From the NCBI GenBank assembly GCA_035280585.1, contig DATEFQ010000119.1, positions 1-59,635 on the forward strand: a stretch of 59,635 nt of DNA, read 5' to 3'. Source of the stretch: Nitrososphaeraceae archaeon (lineage in GTDB: Archaea; Thermoproteota; Nitrososphaeria; Nitrososphaerales; Nitrososphaeraceae). The position numbers and the translations under genes are program-made. Below the pieces are notes generated by a model. The model saw only the letters and a program-made list of their open reading frames with translations. It ran no database searches and had not been told where the DNA came from. Below, one piece after another: positions 1-10,029 of the stretch (positions within the stretch are counted from its first letter, which is position 1; every line of letters starts with the position of its first letter).

Positions 1-55
1 CGGAAAAATAAAAATCATAATATTAGCAGAAAATCAAAGTTCTCTGATTAAAAAT

Positions 56-1300
56 TTGAATCTCCGCCACGAGAAGCATGTTACTGGTGCTCCAGCGATC
101 GAGGACTTATTAAGAGCCCAGCAATTAATGGACAAGACAACAGTCAGGAAGACCCCCCTATTAAAGTCAAGAACGTTTTCAAATATTGCAAAAACAAATC
201 TTTTTTTAAAATTTGAACAGTTTCAACGAACTGGGTCTTTTAAAGTAAGAGGTGCATATTCAAAAATTAATTCGCTTACGGATGAGCAATGTAGGTCCGG
301 AGTGGTTGCAGCCTCAGCAGGTAATCATGCGCAAGGAGTTGCTTATGCTGCTCAAAAGAGGAAAATCAGGTGCAATATAGTGATGCCAAAAAATGCGTCT
401 CCTGCAAAAGTGGCGGCCACACGATCCTATGGTGCAAATGTAATTCTATCTGGAGATACATATGATGAGTCGTGGAGAACAGCTTGTTCACTATCACAAA
501 CTAACGGATACTCAATTATTCATGCATTTGATGATCCTGTTGTAATTGCAGGACAAGGCACATTAGGGCTGGAATTAATGGAAGATCTAAAGGACATCGA
601 TGAGATTTATTTACCTCTTGGGGGCGGCGGACTTGCGTCAGGAGTTTGTATTGCCATTAAGGCTAGAAGACCAAATGTCAAGATTATAGGAGTTGAATCC
701 GATCAATTTCCGGCTATGAAAAAATCACTGGATGAAGGAAATCTGTGTCACATTGATAGTGGATTTTCAATAGCTGATGGTATTTCGGTCAAGTCTCCAG
801 GAGAGCTTACCTTTGCAATATGTTCAAAATATTTAGACGATGTTGTTACCATCGACGATGTTTCTATTGTAGAGACTATGTTTATGCTAATGGAAAGGGA
901 GAAGGTTGTAGTTGAACCTGCTGGGGCAGCAAGTTTAGCTTATGTTATTTCGAATGGTAAATTAAAAAGTAATCAGAACATAATTTCAATTCTATCTGGA
1001 GGCAACATAGACATGTACCTATTGGGTCAAATAGTATCAAAAGGCCTGATGCAGATGGGAAGACTAATTAAAATATTTATTCAATTGCCTGACAAACCGG
1101 GCGCTCTAAAAAATATTGTCGATAAAATAGCTGAACTCAGCGTCAACATTGTTCAGGTTGAGCATGACCGTCTGAGTTCAAATGTTGCGGCAGGTTCAGC
1201 CGGAGTATACCTCAGTTTAGAACTAGAGAACGAAAAACATGCGAGAAAGCTATTGGATTTTCTAAAGAAGGAAAAAATGATTTTTAAGGTTGTGCCTTAA
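56..1300 (+). CDS. ilvA: Threonine ammonia-lyase (threonine dehydratase) with C-terminal ACT domain
   Basis: PLP motif TGSFKVRGA, ASAGNHAQG, GGGGLASG, EPAGA, SGGNID; C-terminal ACT (LPDKPGAL). TTG start; stop overlaps the convergent gene by 4 nt. Confidence 0.93.
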   Translation: MNLRHEKHVTGAPAIEDLLRAQQLMDKTTVRKTPLLKSRTFSNIAKTNLFLKFEQFQRTGSFKVRGAYSKINSLTDEQCRSGVVAASAGNHAQGVAYAAQKRKIRCNIVMPKNASPAKVAATRSYGANVILSGDTYDESWRTACSLSQTNGYSIIHAFDDPVVIAGQGTLGLELMEDLKDIDEIYLPLGGGGLASGVCIAIKARRPNVKIIGVESDQFPAMKKSLDEGNLCHIDSGFSIADGISVKSPGELTFAICSKYLDDVVTIDDVSIVETMFMLMEREKVVVEPAGAASLAYVISNGKLKSNQNIISILSGGNIDMYLLGQIVSKGLMQMGRLIKIFIQLPDKPGALKNIVDKIAELSVNIVQVEHDRLSSNVAAGSAGVYLSLELENEKHARKLLDFLKKEKMIFKVVP

Positions 1301-2721
1301 TTACAATAGCAATATTCTCTAAATCCGGCTTTATCCGCAGTGGATCCACCAATTTTAATTAAGACGAACTCATTTTTGGCTCTTGCATAAGAGTCATTCA
1401 AATTTCTTTGATTTTCACGTAGAATTTGATATTCTTCCATAGATAATTTCTTGCGAAATCCAATATCTTCTTCAAGATTCATACCCTTTACTATTTCAAC
1501 GTAGTTCGGTTGAATAACTCCACTGAATACCATTGCACTGCTACCGCTTCCATAAGATCCAAATCCTACTCGGAACCCTTCAATATCATGACCTTTCTTG
1601 TATTCAAATTCAAGTAAACTCCTAAGTCCCATATACATAGACGCTGTATACAAATTTCCTATAATGTTAGACGCTTCAAGAGAGCTGGCCATTTTTTTCT
1701 CATATACCTCGTTGTAAAATGATGTTTGCATGAATGCTTTTCTGAACTGCTCATCTGCTGTCATGAATTCTTTATCTGCCAGGATAGATTCTATTGTCCC
1801 TCGACTATCATTTGGTTCAGGTTCAGGGTAACCTATCTCTTTGATAACATGCTGCCATCGTGGAAGAGTTCTCCACTCATGTCTTAACAAATATGCCAGG
1901 GCCTTTTCTCCCATTCTTCTATATGGTAAGTGCACTGTAAACAAATCAATGTAATCTGTTATTGATTCGCCATCTTTGATATGTATCAATCCTGTTCTCA
2001 TTGCCTTTTCCTTATAGCTATCGAACGCCTTTCTAACTTGTATTAGATATAATAGATTGGAATACAGTCCATTTACAAGCGGAGTATCCTTTCCAAATGG
2101 TCTATAGAAATCATATTCATTCTTGATTATTGTTGAGGTGACTTTTGGGTCAAGTGCTAATAATCTGGGATTTTCTTTGATCAGCATGGCCACTGCTCCA
2201 GCACCCTGCGTATATTCCCCAGCTGATCCAACATCATATTTAGCAATGTCGCTCACAACTACAATGGCAGCCTTGTCATTATTTTCCTGTGCTCTAATCC
2301 AGTTGGTGTTGTCATAAATCGCATAAGATCCGCTTACGCAAGCAAACTTACATTCGATTCCACCCGCATGTTCAAAAGAGCCGTCACCGTACACTTGTTC
2401 CAACATACCTACAACGAATGAGTTTAATGCTTTTGATTCGTCAAGACTAGATTCTGTCGCAACATACAATCTACCAATATCATCAGGATCTAGGTTGTTT
2501 TTTTTCATTAATTCAAGACAAGCATTTGATGCCATACATGCTGCATCCTGATTCGTGTCCACCAAAGCCATCTTTTTTATCCCTATGCCATGTTCCAGCT
2601 TCTTGGGATCAATTCCTCTTGCTTGAGCAAAATCTTTGTAATCAACGTATAATTTCGGAACGTAAATTGCAAGATCGTCAATGCCAGATGGCATGCTAAC
2701 AGTTTTTGTCATAATAGACAT
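1297..2721 (-). CDS. mvaS: Hydroxymethylglutaryl-CoA synthase (bacterial/haloarchaeal type)
   Basis: ATES, KFACVSG (catalytic Cys), SDIAKY, EYTQGAGAVA, DFYRP, HLPY, GNLYTAS, SYGSG. Confidence 0.93.
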   Translation of the reverse strand: MSIMTKTVSMPSGIDDLAIYVPKLYVDYKDFAQARGIDPKKLEHGIGIKKMALVDTNQDAACMASNACLELMKKNNLDPDDIGRLYVATESSLDESKALNSFVVGMLEQVYGDGSFEHAGGIECKFACVSGSYAIYDNTNWIRAQENNDKAAIVVVSDIAKYDVGSAGEYTQGAGAVAMLIKENPRLLALDPKVTSTIIKNEYDFYRPFGKDTPLVNGLYSNLLYLIQVRKAFDSYKEKAMRTGLIHIKDGESITDYIDLFTVHLPYRRMGEKALAYLLRHEWRTLPRWQHVIKEIGYPEPEPNDSRGTIESILADKEFMTADEQFRKAFMQTSFYNEVYEKKMASSLEASNIIGNLYTASMYMGLRSLLEFEYKKGHDIEGFRVGFGSYGSGSSAMVFSGVIQPNYVEIVKGMNLEEDIGFRKKLSMEEYQILRENQRNLNDSYARAKNEFVLIKIGGSTADKAGFREYCYCN

Positions 2722-2980
2722 TTAAAGGTACTTGTTGATATTCGATTCCAATCAATAGAAATTCAATGAAGAATTAGCGTTTTTTTAAGAAAATTGTATT
2801 ATTAATCTCAGACAATCAATACGATTGTAAAAGTAATCGTGACTTTTTCGAGGCTAATTAGTAGCAGTTATCAAAGTTTTTCAAAAAATATTGCCGACAT
2901 TTCTTTTGTCTTATGGCCCAAAAACTGTTTTTAAATGCTCACAAATCCCTAACGAGTATTAGTTTAACTCATTGAACTGC

Positions 2981-4102
2981 CTAATGGATTCTAATGGTTT
3001 CATAGAAATTATTACGTTCATGAGCCCTGAACCCAATTTGTTTAATCGCTGCAATGATTTTATCTGCTGTTAATTCTGTAGATCTTGCTCCAGTTGCGCT
3101 TACAACTTCTTCACCAATCAACGTGCCTCCAAAATCATCGGCACCATAAGTTAACGCAAGTTGGGCCATACCTACACCATTGGTAAGCCATGAAGACTGG
3201 AGATGATCAATAAGTCCTGAGAACACTATCCTCGAAATGGCAATCATTTTTAGTAGTTCTAAACCACCAGAGGGATATTTTACCACGCCCTCTGCTTGCA
3301 TTTGTGTGTTATTTGGCTCAAAACTCCATGGGATAAATGACATAAAGCCACGAGTTTTTTCCTGTAATTCTGCGATCTTAATTAAATGTCTCGCCCGTTG
3401 TTCGTAATCTTCTCCCGTTCCGTACATCATAGTAGCCGAAGATTTTATGCCCAACTCATGGGCTTGTTTCATGATATTTATCCATTCATTACTTTTTATT
3501 TTCAAGGGGCTAATCTTTGATTTCACATCATCATCAAGTATTTCAGCGCCAGCGCCGGGTAAACTGTCCAAGCCAGCTTCCTTCAACCTAGATAGAACTT
3601 CTTTAGTACTGATCTTTTCCACCTTGGAAATAGTATCAATTTCAGAAGCTGAGAGTCCATGAATAGCAACATCGGGACATTTCTCCTTTATATTTTTGAA
3701 TGCTTCTTCATAATATTCGACCTTGAGATCTGGATTGTGACCACCCTGCATCAATACCTGACTAATTCCGAAATGATTCTTTGCTGTTGTGACCCTTTTT
3801 ACTATGTCATCTACGGACAATGTATATCCTTCAGAATCACCAGGAGCTCTGTAAAAAGCACAGAACTTACAATATGTAATGCACACATTGGTATAGTTTA
3901 GAATTATGTTGTTAACGAATGTTGCGACTTTACCAAATAACTTATCTCTTAATATATTCCCGATTGCGCCTAAAGCATAAGGATTGTCTGATTTTAATAA
4001 GCGGATACAGTCGTTTAGCATGAGCTTTTTTCCATGTAAAGCTTGATCAAGTATATCACTTACATCAGATTTCTCAACCAAATCTTGTGCGAAGAGGCCC
4101 AT
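2981..4102 (-). CDS. mqnC: Cyclic dehypoxanthine futalosine synthase (radical SAM, CofH/MqnC family)
   Basis: NYTNVCITYCKFCAF CxxxCxxC, QGGHNP, SLPGAGAEIL, FIPWSF, GADDFGGT; clustered with mqnE and mqnD. Confidence 0.85.
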   Translation of the reverse strand: MGLFAQDLVEKSDVSDILDQALHGKKLMLNDCIRLLKSDNPYALGAIGNILRDKLFGKVATFVNNIILNYTNVCITYCKFCAFYRAPGDSEGYTLSVDDIVKRVTTAKNHFGISQVLMQGGHNPDLKVEYYEEAFKNIKEKCPDVAIHGLSASEIDTISKVEKISTKEVLSRLKEAGLDSLPGAGAEILDDDVKSKISPLKIKSNEWINIMKQAHELGIKSSATMMYGTGEDYEQRARHLIKIAELQEKTRGFMSFIPWSFEPNNTQMQAEGVVKYPSGGLELLKMIAISRIVFSGLIDHLQSSWLTNGVGMAQLALTYGADDFGGTLIGEEVVSATGARSTELTADKIIAAIKQIGFRAHERNNFYETIRIH

Positions 4103-4203
4103 GAACTATATCTTTCATGACGACTATCAAGGATATTTATTCTTTACAAGCCAACTCAAAAGAGTGAAGATTTTATAGCCGTTGCGAACATCATCTAAAC
4201 AAT

Positions 4204-5295
4204 TTGTTACAAAGTTATGCTGGTAATTCAAATGCTGTAGAGAAAGTGATTCATGGTGAAGAGTTATCAAGCAATGATGGTCTGGATTTAATGCATAATG
4301 AAAATGTCCTCGTCTTGGGGGCTGCTGCAAATTTGATAAAAAAAAAACTAACTGGTAACACTATAACCTTTGTTGCTTCATACTACCTAAACTATACAAA
4401 TATTTGTGCAGCAAGTTGTCCTCTCTGTGCTTTTTATAGAAAAGGAACTGAGTCTGATTCGTACACTCTGACAATAGATCAGATATTGACTAGAGCAAGA
4501 ATAGCTATAAACGAAATGAAGGCAACAGAACTCCATATCGTAGGGGGGTTCCATCCAAAATTAGGGCTTGATTATTATGAAAAGATGATAAGGGAAATTA
4601 AGAACGAATTTCCGTCAGTTACAGTTAAAGCACTTACTCCTGCTGAAATCCATTTTATTTCTCATATTACCAAGAATTCTGTAAAAGAGGTCCTTTCCAG
4701 ACTAAAAGACGCAGGACTTGACGCCCTACCTGGCGGAGGTGCAGAGATATTCAGCAAAGACGTTAGGGACATTATTGTGAGGGGAAAATGTTCTGGCGAA
4801 GAATGGCTCGAGACTGCGGCAATCGCCCATGACATGGGAATACGATCAAATTGTACCATGCTATTTGGCCATATTGAAAAACCACAACATATTGTAGACC
4901 ATTTGATCAAGGTACGTGAATTACAAAAGAAAACGGGTGGTTTTATTACCTTTATACCATTGAAGTTTAGCCTGGACAATACCGAACTTGAACAAAAAGG
5001 GCTAATTGAAAACGAAAGTTCTTCAATATATGATCTGAAAGTTATTGCTTTATCAAGACTAATGCTAGCTAATGTCATGAAAAATATTTCTGTATATTGG
5101 GTCGCACTAGGGAAAAAATTAGCACAAGTTGCGTTATCCTATGGAGGGAATGACCTTGTTGGTACTGCCTTTTCTGAAGAAATTTTCAAGGCCGCGGGAA
5201 AAATAACAGGAACTACGATTCAGGAACTTGCTTCGTTGATCAAGGATGCAAAATATATTCCCTTACAGCGAGACACATTTTTTAATATTTTGTAA
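4204..5295 (+). CDS. mqnE: Aminofutalosine synthase (radical SAM, CofH/MqnE family)
   Basis: NYTNICAASCPLCAF, ELHIVGG, LPGGGAEIF, NCTMLFGHIE, FIPLKF, VYWV are MqnE-type motifs. Confidence 0.85.
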   Translation: MLQSYAGNSNAVEKVIHGEELSSNDGLDLMHNENVLVLGAAANLIKKKLTGNTITFVASYYLNYTNICAASCPLCAFYRKGTESDSYTLTIDQILTRARIAINEMKATELHIVGGFHPKLGLDYYEKMIREIKNEFPSVTVKALTPAEIHFISHITKNSVKEVLSRLKDAGLDALPGGGAEIFSKDVRDIIVRGKCSGEEWLETAAIAHDMGIRSNCTMLFGHIEKPQHIVDHLIKVRELQKKTGGFITFIPLKFSLDNTELEQKGLIENESSSIYDLKVIALSRLMLANVMKNISVYWVALGKKLAQVALSYGGNDLVGTAFSEEIFKAAGKITGTTIQELASLIKDAKYIPLQRDTFFNIL

Positions 5296-5317
5296 CTTTC
5301 TAAAAAGGTAATTATGA

Positions 5318-6175
5318 CTAGCAATATCGTTCAATTTTTTGATGGTTACTATCTATAAATAACAATTGATCAAATGAGAGAATATTACTACTTTTAGCTT
5401 TCTGGAGCATTTTTATGATAGAGTTCTTTCCTTCTTGATTCATGTTGATAGTAAGATCATTTACATACATCTTTACAAATTTTTCAATCAGTGATTTAGG
5501 ATTTCCTCTACCAAACCGCATCGCAAATTCTAGTGCATCATCTAGATTTTCAAGTCCATACACTATAGAACTCTTAAAAAGTTCGTCAAACTCAATTATC
5601 TCCTTAGTAGTTAGCGAACGGTTACTTATGACGTTGATCCCAAGTGGAACAGGCATGCCGTGAGTAAAGGCATGCCACCAGCGCCCAAGGTCCAATATTT
5701 TTTGGTATTCCGCCCCAAGTGAAATTTGTGCTTCATGGATCACTACACCAGCATCTACCAATCCTGATGAAACGTATTTTGGTATTTCATTAAAGATGAC
5801 CTCAACACCATTAAAATTTCCTATAGCCAATTTTAGAAGTAAATTTGCAGATGTCATTTTGCCTGGAATTCCAATTTTATACTTATGCAAGTCTTTTAAA
5901 TCGATATTCTTTTTTGAGATAACAATTGGACCATAATTTATCCCAAAACTTCCACCGCTGTTTAAAATTACATAGTCCTTAGTGAATCCATAAGCGTGAG
6001 CTGAAATCGCTGTAACGTCTAGTTCATGATTAATTGCACGTTCGTTAAGTTTTTCAATATCTTCAATAACATGTTTTATTTCGAAAGAAGGTGACCTAAT
6101 ATTGCCAGACGCAATGCCATAAAACATGAAAGCATCGTCTGCATCAGGGGTATGCCCTAGTGTTATACTTTTCAT
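5318..6175 (-). CDS. mqnD: 1,4-dihydroxy-6-naphthoate synthase
   Basis: LGHTPDADDAFMFY, DIEKLN, GSFGINYGP, PGKMTSA, VIHE, DLGRWW, PLG, MYVND. Confidence 0.92.
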   Translation of the reverse strand: MKSITLGHTPDADDAFMFYGIASGNIRSPSFEIKHVIEDIEKLNERAINHELDVTAISAHAYGFTKDYVILNSGGSFGINYGPIVISKKNIDLKDLHKYKIGIPGKMTSANLLLKLAIGNFNGVEVIFNEIPKYVSSGLVDAGVVIHEAQISLGAEYQKILDLGRWWHAFTHGMPVPLGINVISNRSLTTKEIIEFDELFKSSIVYGLENLDDALEFAMRFGRGNPKSLIEKFVKMYVNDLTINMNQEGKNSIIKMLQKAKSSNILSFDQLLFIDSNHQKIERYC

Positions 6176-6388
6176 AAAAAAGTGATTGATGTGACGATAT
6201 TTTTGTTTTACAGTATGGAATCAAGATAAATGAGCATTAGTGGAAATATACGCAGCAGCAATATCATAGGTATGCCGGTTTCTGTGACTATGTCTCAACC
6301 TTGATTTGTGTTTATATTTAATTTGATTGAGGTTCATTTATTTAAGGAAGATTTAATAATCCTGCATAGATTTTTTGAGCCTTGTAGG

Positions 6389-8590
6389 ATGCCAAAATTC
6401 AAGTCAACGCAGGACATTTTGAGAATTATAGGAAATAAGGATCAGATTCGAAATTTCGGTGTGATAGCTCATGTAGATCATGGAAAAACTACGATGAGTG
6501 ATAGTTTATTGGCTGCATCTGGTATTATTTCTCCTTCAGTTGCAGGTCAGGCCTTAGCATTAGATTCAATGAAACTAGAGCAAAATAGACAAATGACAAT
6601 CAGAGGAGCCAACGTAACCCTGTATTATGAAATCAATGGAAAGGAATATGTGATTAATATGATCGATACTCCTGGACATATTGATTTTACAGGAAGAGTC
6701 ACGCGGGCATTACGTGCAATTGATGGAGTGGTTGTAGTGTCAGATTCTGTCGAAGGGATAATGACTCAAACAGAAACTGTAACTCGACAAGCTCTCGAAG
6801 AACGAGTGAGACCAGTTCTCTATATAAACAAAATTGATAGACTAGTCAAAGAGCTAAGATTAGATGCAACTGCCATGCAAAAATGGCTATCAAATATTAT
6901 TGCAGAATTCAACAAATTAGTTGAGATTTATGCTGAACCAGAGTTAAGAGAAAAATGGAAGGTTAGTATTCAAGGAAACAGCGTAGCATTTGGCTCGGCA
7001 AAGGATAGATGGGGATTTAATTATAATATTGCCCAAAAAAATGGAATCGGCTTTAAGGATGTTTATGATGCATACAATTCTGACGATCAATCCTTGATAA
7101 AGGCTCTTTCACAAAAAGCTCCCTTACATGAGGCTGTTCTTGGAATGGTCGTCCAGCATCATCCACCTCCCCATGTAGCTCAGCGCTACAGGATACCAAA
7201 AATATGGCCAGGTGACCTTGATTCAGATATAGGTAAGGCTCTCATATCGTGTGATGAAAAGGGACCAATTCTAATGATGGTGACTACAATTAATGTGGAT
7301 CCTCAAGCTGGCAGAATAGCAACTGGTCGATTGTTTTCTGGTACGGTAAAAGATGGAGACGAAGTTTATCTGATAGATGGAAAAAGAACAGGTAAAGTTC
7401 AATCGGTTAATATCTACATGGGAAATACTCGTGAACTAGTAAATATGCTTCCCGCAGGAAATATACCGGCCTTGCTTGGAATAGATCATGCAATAGCAGG
7501 AGAAACATTTTCATCCGTTAAAAATGTACCTGCATTTGAATCAATAAAATATGTATCAGAACCCGTCGTTACTATTGCAATAGAGCCAAAGCATCCAAAA
7601 GATCTACCAAAGTTGGTTGAAGCATTAAGAAGAATAACTGTTGAAGATCCGAATCTTATAGTTAAAATTAATGAAGAAACTGGCGAAACATTACTATCTG
7701 GCATGGGAGTTCTACATCTTGAAATTGCTACTTCTCTAATACTAGAGTCCGGTTTGGAAATTACTACTACTCAGCCCCTTATCAATTATCGTGAGACCAT
7801 ACGGAGTACTGCTGGACCAATTATGAGTAAATCTCCTAATAAACACAATAAAATATTCATGAGAGTTGAACCATTGGGAGAAGAAATTATTGAATTAATA
7901 AAAAATGGTCATATCCATGAGGATATGGAAAGAAAACAAATGGCAAAATTGTTACGCGAAAAAGGCTGGAGTGCGGATGAAGCAAAGAACGTTGCTGCTA
8001 TTGATATCAGCGGAAACATTCTTGTGGATGAAACCAAAGGTGTTCAATTTATTCAGGAATCTATGGATTCTATAAGGTCAGGATTTGATGATGTAGTACA
8101 TTCCGGTCCGATTGCTCATGAAACTCTTCGTGGTGTAAAATTTGTTTTCCACCATTTTGTTCCACATGAAGACCCCGCTCATCGTGGCCTGGCACAGCTA
8201 ATGCCGGCCACTAGGAGATCCATGTTGGGATCTATGCTTTTAGCAGGTCCTGCATTGTTAGAACCTATTCTTGGTATGGAAATAAAATGTCCTCAGGAAC
8301 AAATTGGAACTGTGGCAGGAGTCTTATCAGGAAAACGTGGTAAGCTATTGAACGTAGAACAAAAGGGAGTAATTAGCATTATTCAAGGTGAAGTTCCTGC
8401 TTCCGAAACGTTTGATCTATCTGAGGTGATGCGCGGTGGAACTGCCGGCAAGGCCTTATGGAATACTTATTTTAAGACCTGGCAAATTGTACCACAATCT
8501 CTACTAAAATCACTGGTCAATGATATTAGGAAGCGCAAGGGATTGAATCCAGAACCTCCGAATGCTGATGAATTCGTAGATAAAGAATAA
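6389..8590 (+). CDS. fusA: Translation elongation factor 2 (archaeal EF-2)
   Basis: AHVDHGKTT, DTPGHIDF, NKID, diphthamide loop HEDPAHRG; start moved to ATG 6389 (MPKFK) because the upstream 27 codons do not resemble EF-2. Confidence 0.97.
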   Translation: MPKFKSTQDILRIIGNKDQIRNFGVIAHVDHGKTTMSDSLLAASGIISPSVAGQALALDSMKLEQNRQMTIRGANVTLYYEINGKEYVINMIDTPGHIDFTGRVTRALRAIDGVVVVSDSVEGIMTQTETVTRQALEERVRPVLYINKIDRLVKELRLDATAMQKWLSNIIAEFNKLVEIYAEPELREKWKVSIQGNSVAFGSAKDRWGFNYNIAQKNGIGFKDVYDAYNSDDQSLIKALSQKAPLHEAVLGMVVQHHPPPHVAQRYRIPKIWPGDLDSDIGKALISCDEKGPILMMVTTINVDPQAGRIATGRLFSGTVKDGDEVYLIDGKRTGKVQSVNIYMGNTRELVNMLPAGNIPALLGIDHAIAGETFSSVKNVPAFESIKYVSEPVVTIAIEPKHPKDLPKLVEALRRITVEDPNLIVKINEETGETLLSGMGVLHLEIATSLILESGLEITTTQPLINYRETIRSTAGPIMSKSPNKHNKIFMRVEPLGEEIIELIKNGHIHEDMERKQMAKLLREKGWSADEAKNVAAIDISGNILVDETKGVQFIQESMDSIRSGFDDVVHSGPIAHETLRGVKFVFHHFVPHEDPAHRGLAQLMPATRRSMLGSMLLAGPALLEPILGMEIKCPQEQIGTVAGVLSGKRGKLLNVEQKGVISIIQGEVPASETFDLSEVMRGGTAGKALWNTYFKTWQIVPQSLLKSLVNDIRKRKGLNPEPPNADEFVDKE

Positions 8591-8743
8591 TATACTTGTG
8601 CAGAAAATGACGAAGGTCAAATTTTTAACCGTATGAAAATTTCAATAATGTAGATTTCTTTATAAAAAATATTGGTACTAACGGTGTAGAATTTATATAT
8701 TACTTATACATATAATATAATAATTACAAACAGGTATAAAACA

Positions 8744-8923
8744 ATGTTTAACAAAGAATCATGCAGAACATGTGGAAAGATCTTGGTACCACTCTTGATT
8801 TGCGATTATTGTAACGAGAACGTTTCATGGATTTGCAATAACTGCCAACGAGTGGAAGATGTACCCCACAATCACGACAAGCACAAGTATACGAACTACA
8901 TCCAGACTCCAAATTTGAATTGA
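8744..8923 (+). CDS. 59-aa Cys/His-rich zinc-finger-like microprotein (not in ORF track)
   Basis: Read by hand: MFNKESCRTCGKILVPLLICDYCNENVSWICNNCQRVEDVPHNHDKHKYTNYIQTPNLN*; three CxxC plus HxH; TATA-like runs at about 8692-8720. Confidence 0.75.
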   Translation: MFNKESCRTCGKILVPLLICDYCNENVSWICNNCQRVEDVPHNHDKHKYTNYIQTPNLN

Positions 8924-9011
8924 GATCGCCTCGAATATGAAGGTATTAATTCGATAAAGGCAGAGGAAAATAATCCATTTTCAAAAGGCTTAGATTATTA
9001 AATAGAACTCT

Positions 9012-9989
9012 TCATTTCATGCTCTGGTCCTGTTGCTTTTTTGGATTAATAGGACAGCTGTCTCTCTCAACTTCTACATAAATCTTAGATGAAGTCTTTA
9101 CATCAATAACGGACTTAATCCGTTCTTCAATTGTATCAATCACTTGCTCTATTTGGTCGGTGTTTATGTTATCTACGATACTCACTTCCATTGCAACTAG
9201 GACATCATTGGGACCAAAATGCATTGTTCTAAGTGTGATTACTCTGTTTACCTCAGGAATATTTAAGACGGATTGTATAATTTTGGTGTGATCCTTCCTC
9301 GACATTGCTTCCCCAATAAGAAGGGCCCTATTTTCCTTTGCTAAAAAGAATGCAAATAGCATCAAAACGGCACCAATTGCTATAGAACTGTAAGCGTCAT
9401 AGATCATATTCTTAGTAACATCAGACAAATAGATTCCTATAGCGGCTATCGCTATTCCGAGTAGTGCCGCTGAATCCTCAACCATTACGGTTAGAATAGT
9501 AGGATCTTTACTTTCTTGAAATTCATTAAATAACTTGTGTAAATTTACTTTTTCTCCTCTTGCTTCAATGGTATTCTTGAACATAGTGAAAGCAATACGC
9601 AAGGCATTTCCTTCAAATACGGCTGATATTAAGAGTATTATGTAACTTATGTCGGTATTTACAATATGATGTGCAGGATCAAAAATTGAAGTATACCCTT
9701 TTTCAAAAGATAGTATTCCTGAAATACCAAATAATAAGGTTGCAACAACAAACGACCAAAAAAATTGCTCCTTTCCATATCCAAATGGATGTCTTTCTGT
9801 GGGAACTCTCGTACTAGTCTTAATTCCAATCAGCAAAAGTACCTGGTTAAATGTATCCGAAAAAGAATGGTATGTTTCAGACCACATAGCGCTACTATTT
9901 GTGAGCAACGCGGCGATAAGCTTAGCAATTGATATTCCCAGGTTACCAAACAATGCAGCATATACAGCCCTCTTGGAACTTCCGACCAA
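9012..9989 (-). CDS. Cation diffusion facilitator (CDF) family metal transporter
   Basis: HSFSD, HPFGYGKE, VEDSAA, TM helices, C-terminal dimerisation domain (LRTMHFGP...IYVE). Confidence 0.92.
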   Translation of the reverse strand: MVGSSKRAVYAALFGNLGISIAKLIAALLTNSSAMWSETYHSFSDTFNQVLLLIGIKTSTRVPTERHPFGYGKEQFFWSFVVATLLFGISGILSFEKGYTSIFDPAHHIVNTDISYIILLISAVFEGNALRIAFTMFKNTIEARGEKVNLHKLFNEFQESKDPTILTVMVEDSAALLGIAIAAIGIYLSDVTKNMIYDAYSSIAIGAVLMLFAFFLAKENRALLIGEAMSRKDHTKIIQSVLNIPEVNRVITLRTMHFGPNDVLVAMEVSIVDNINTDQIEQVIDTIEERIKSVIDVKTSSKIYVEVERDSCPINPKKQQDQSMK

Positions 9990-10029
9990 AAATGATTCTC
10001 CTGTTCTCCATCTCCAAAAGTATTGTGAA

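Noticed and set aside
2981-5295. F420 biosynthesis cofH genes
   Set aside because: Same superfamily, but the motifs and adjacency to mqnD favour MqnC and MqnE
6308-6388. N-terminal extension of EF-2
   Set aside because: No EF-2 similarity and it covers the likely promoter; ATG 6389 fits better
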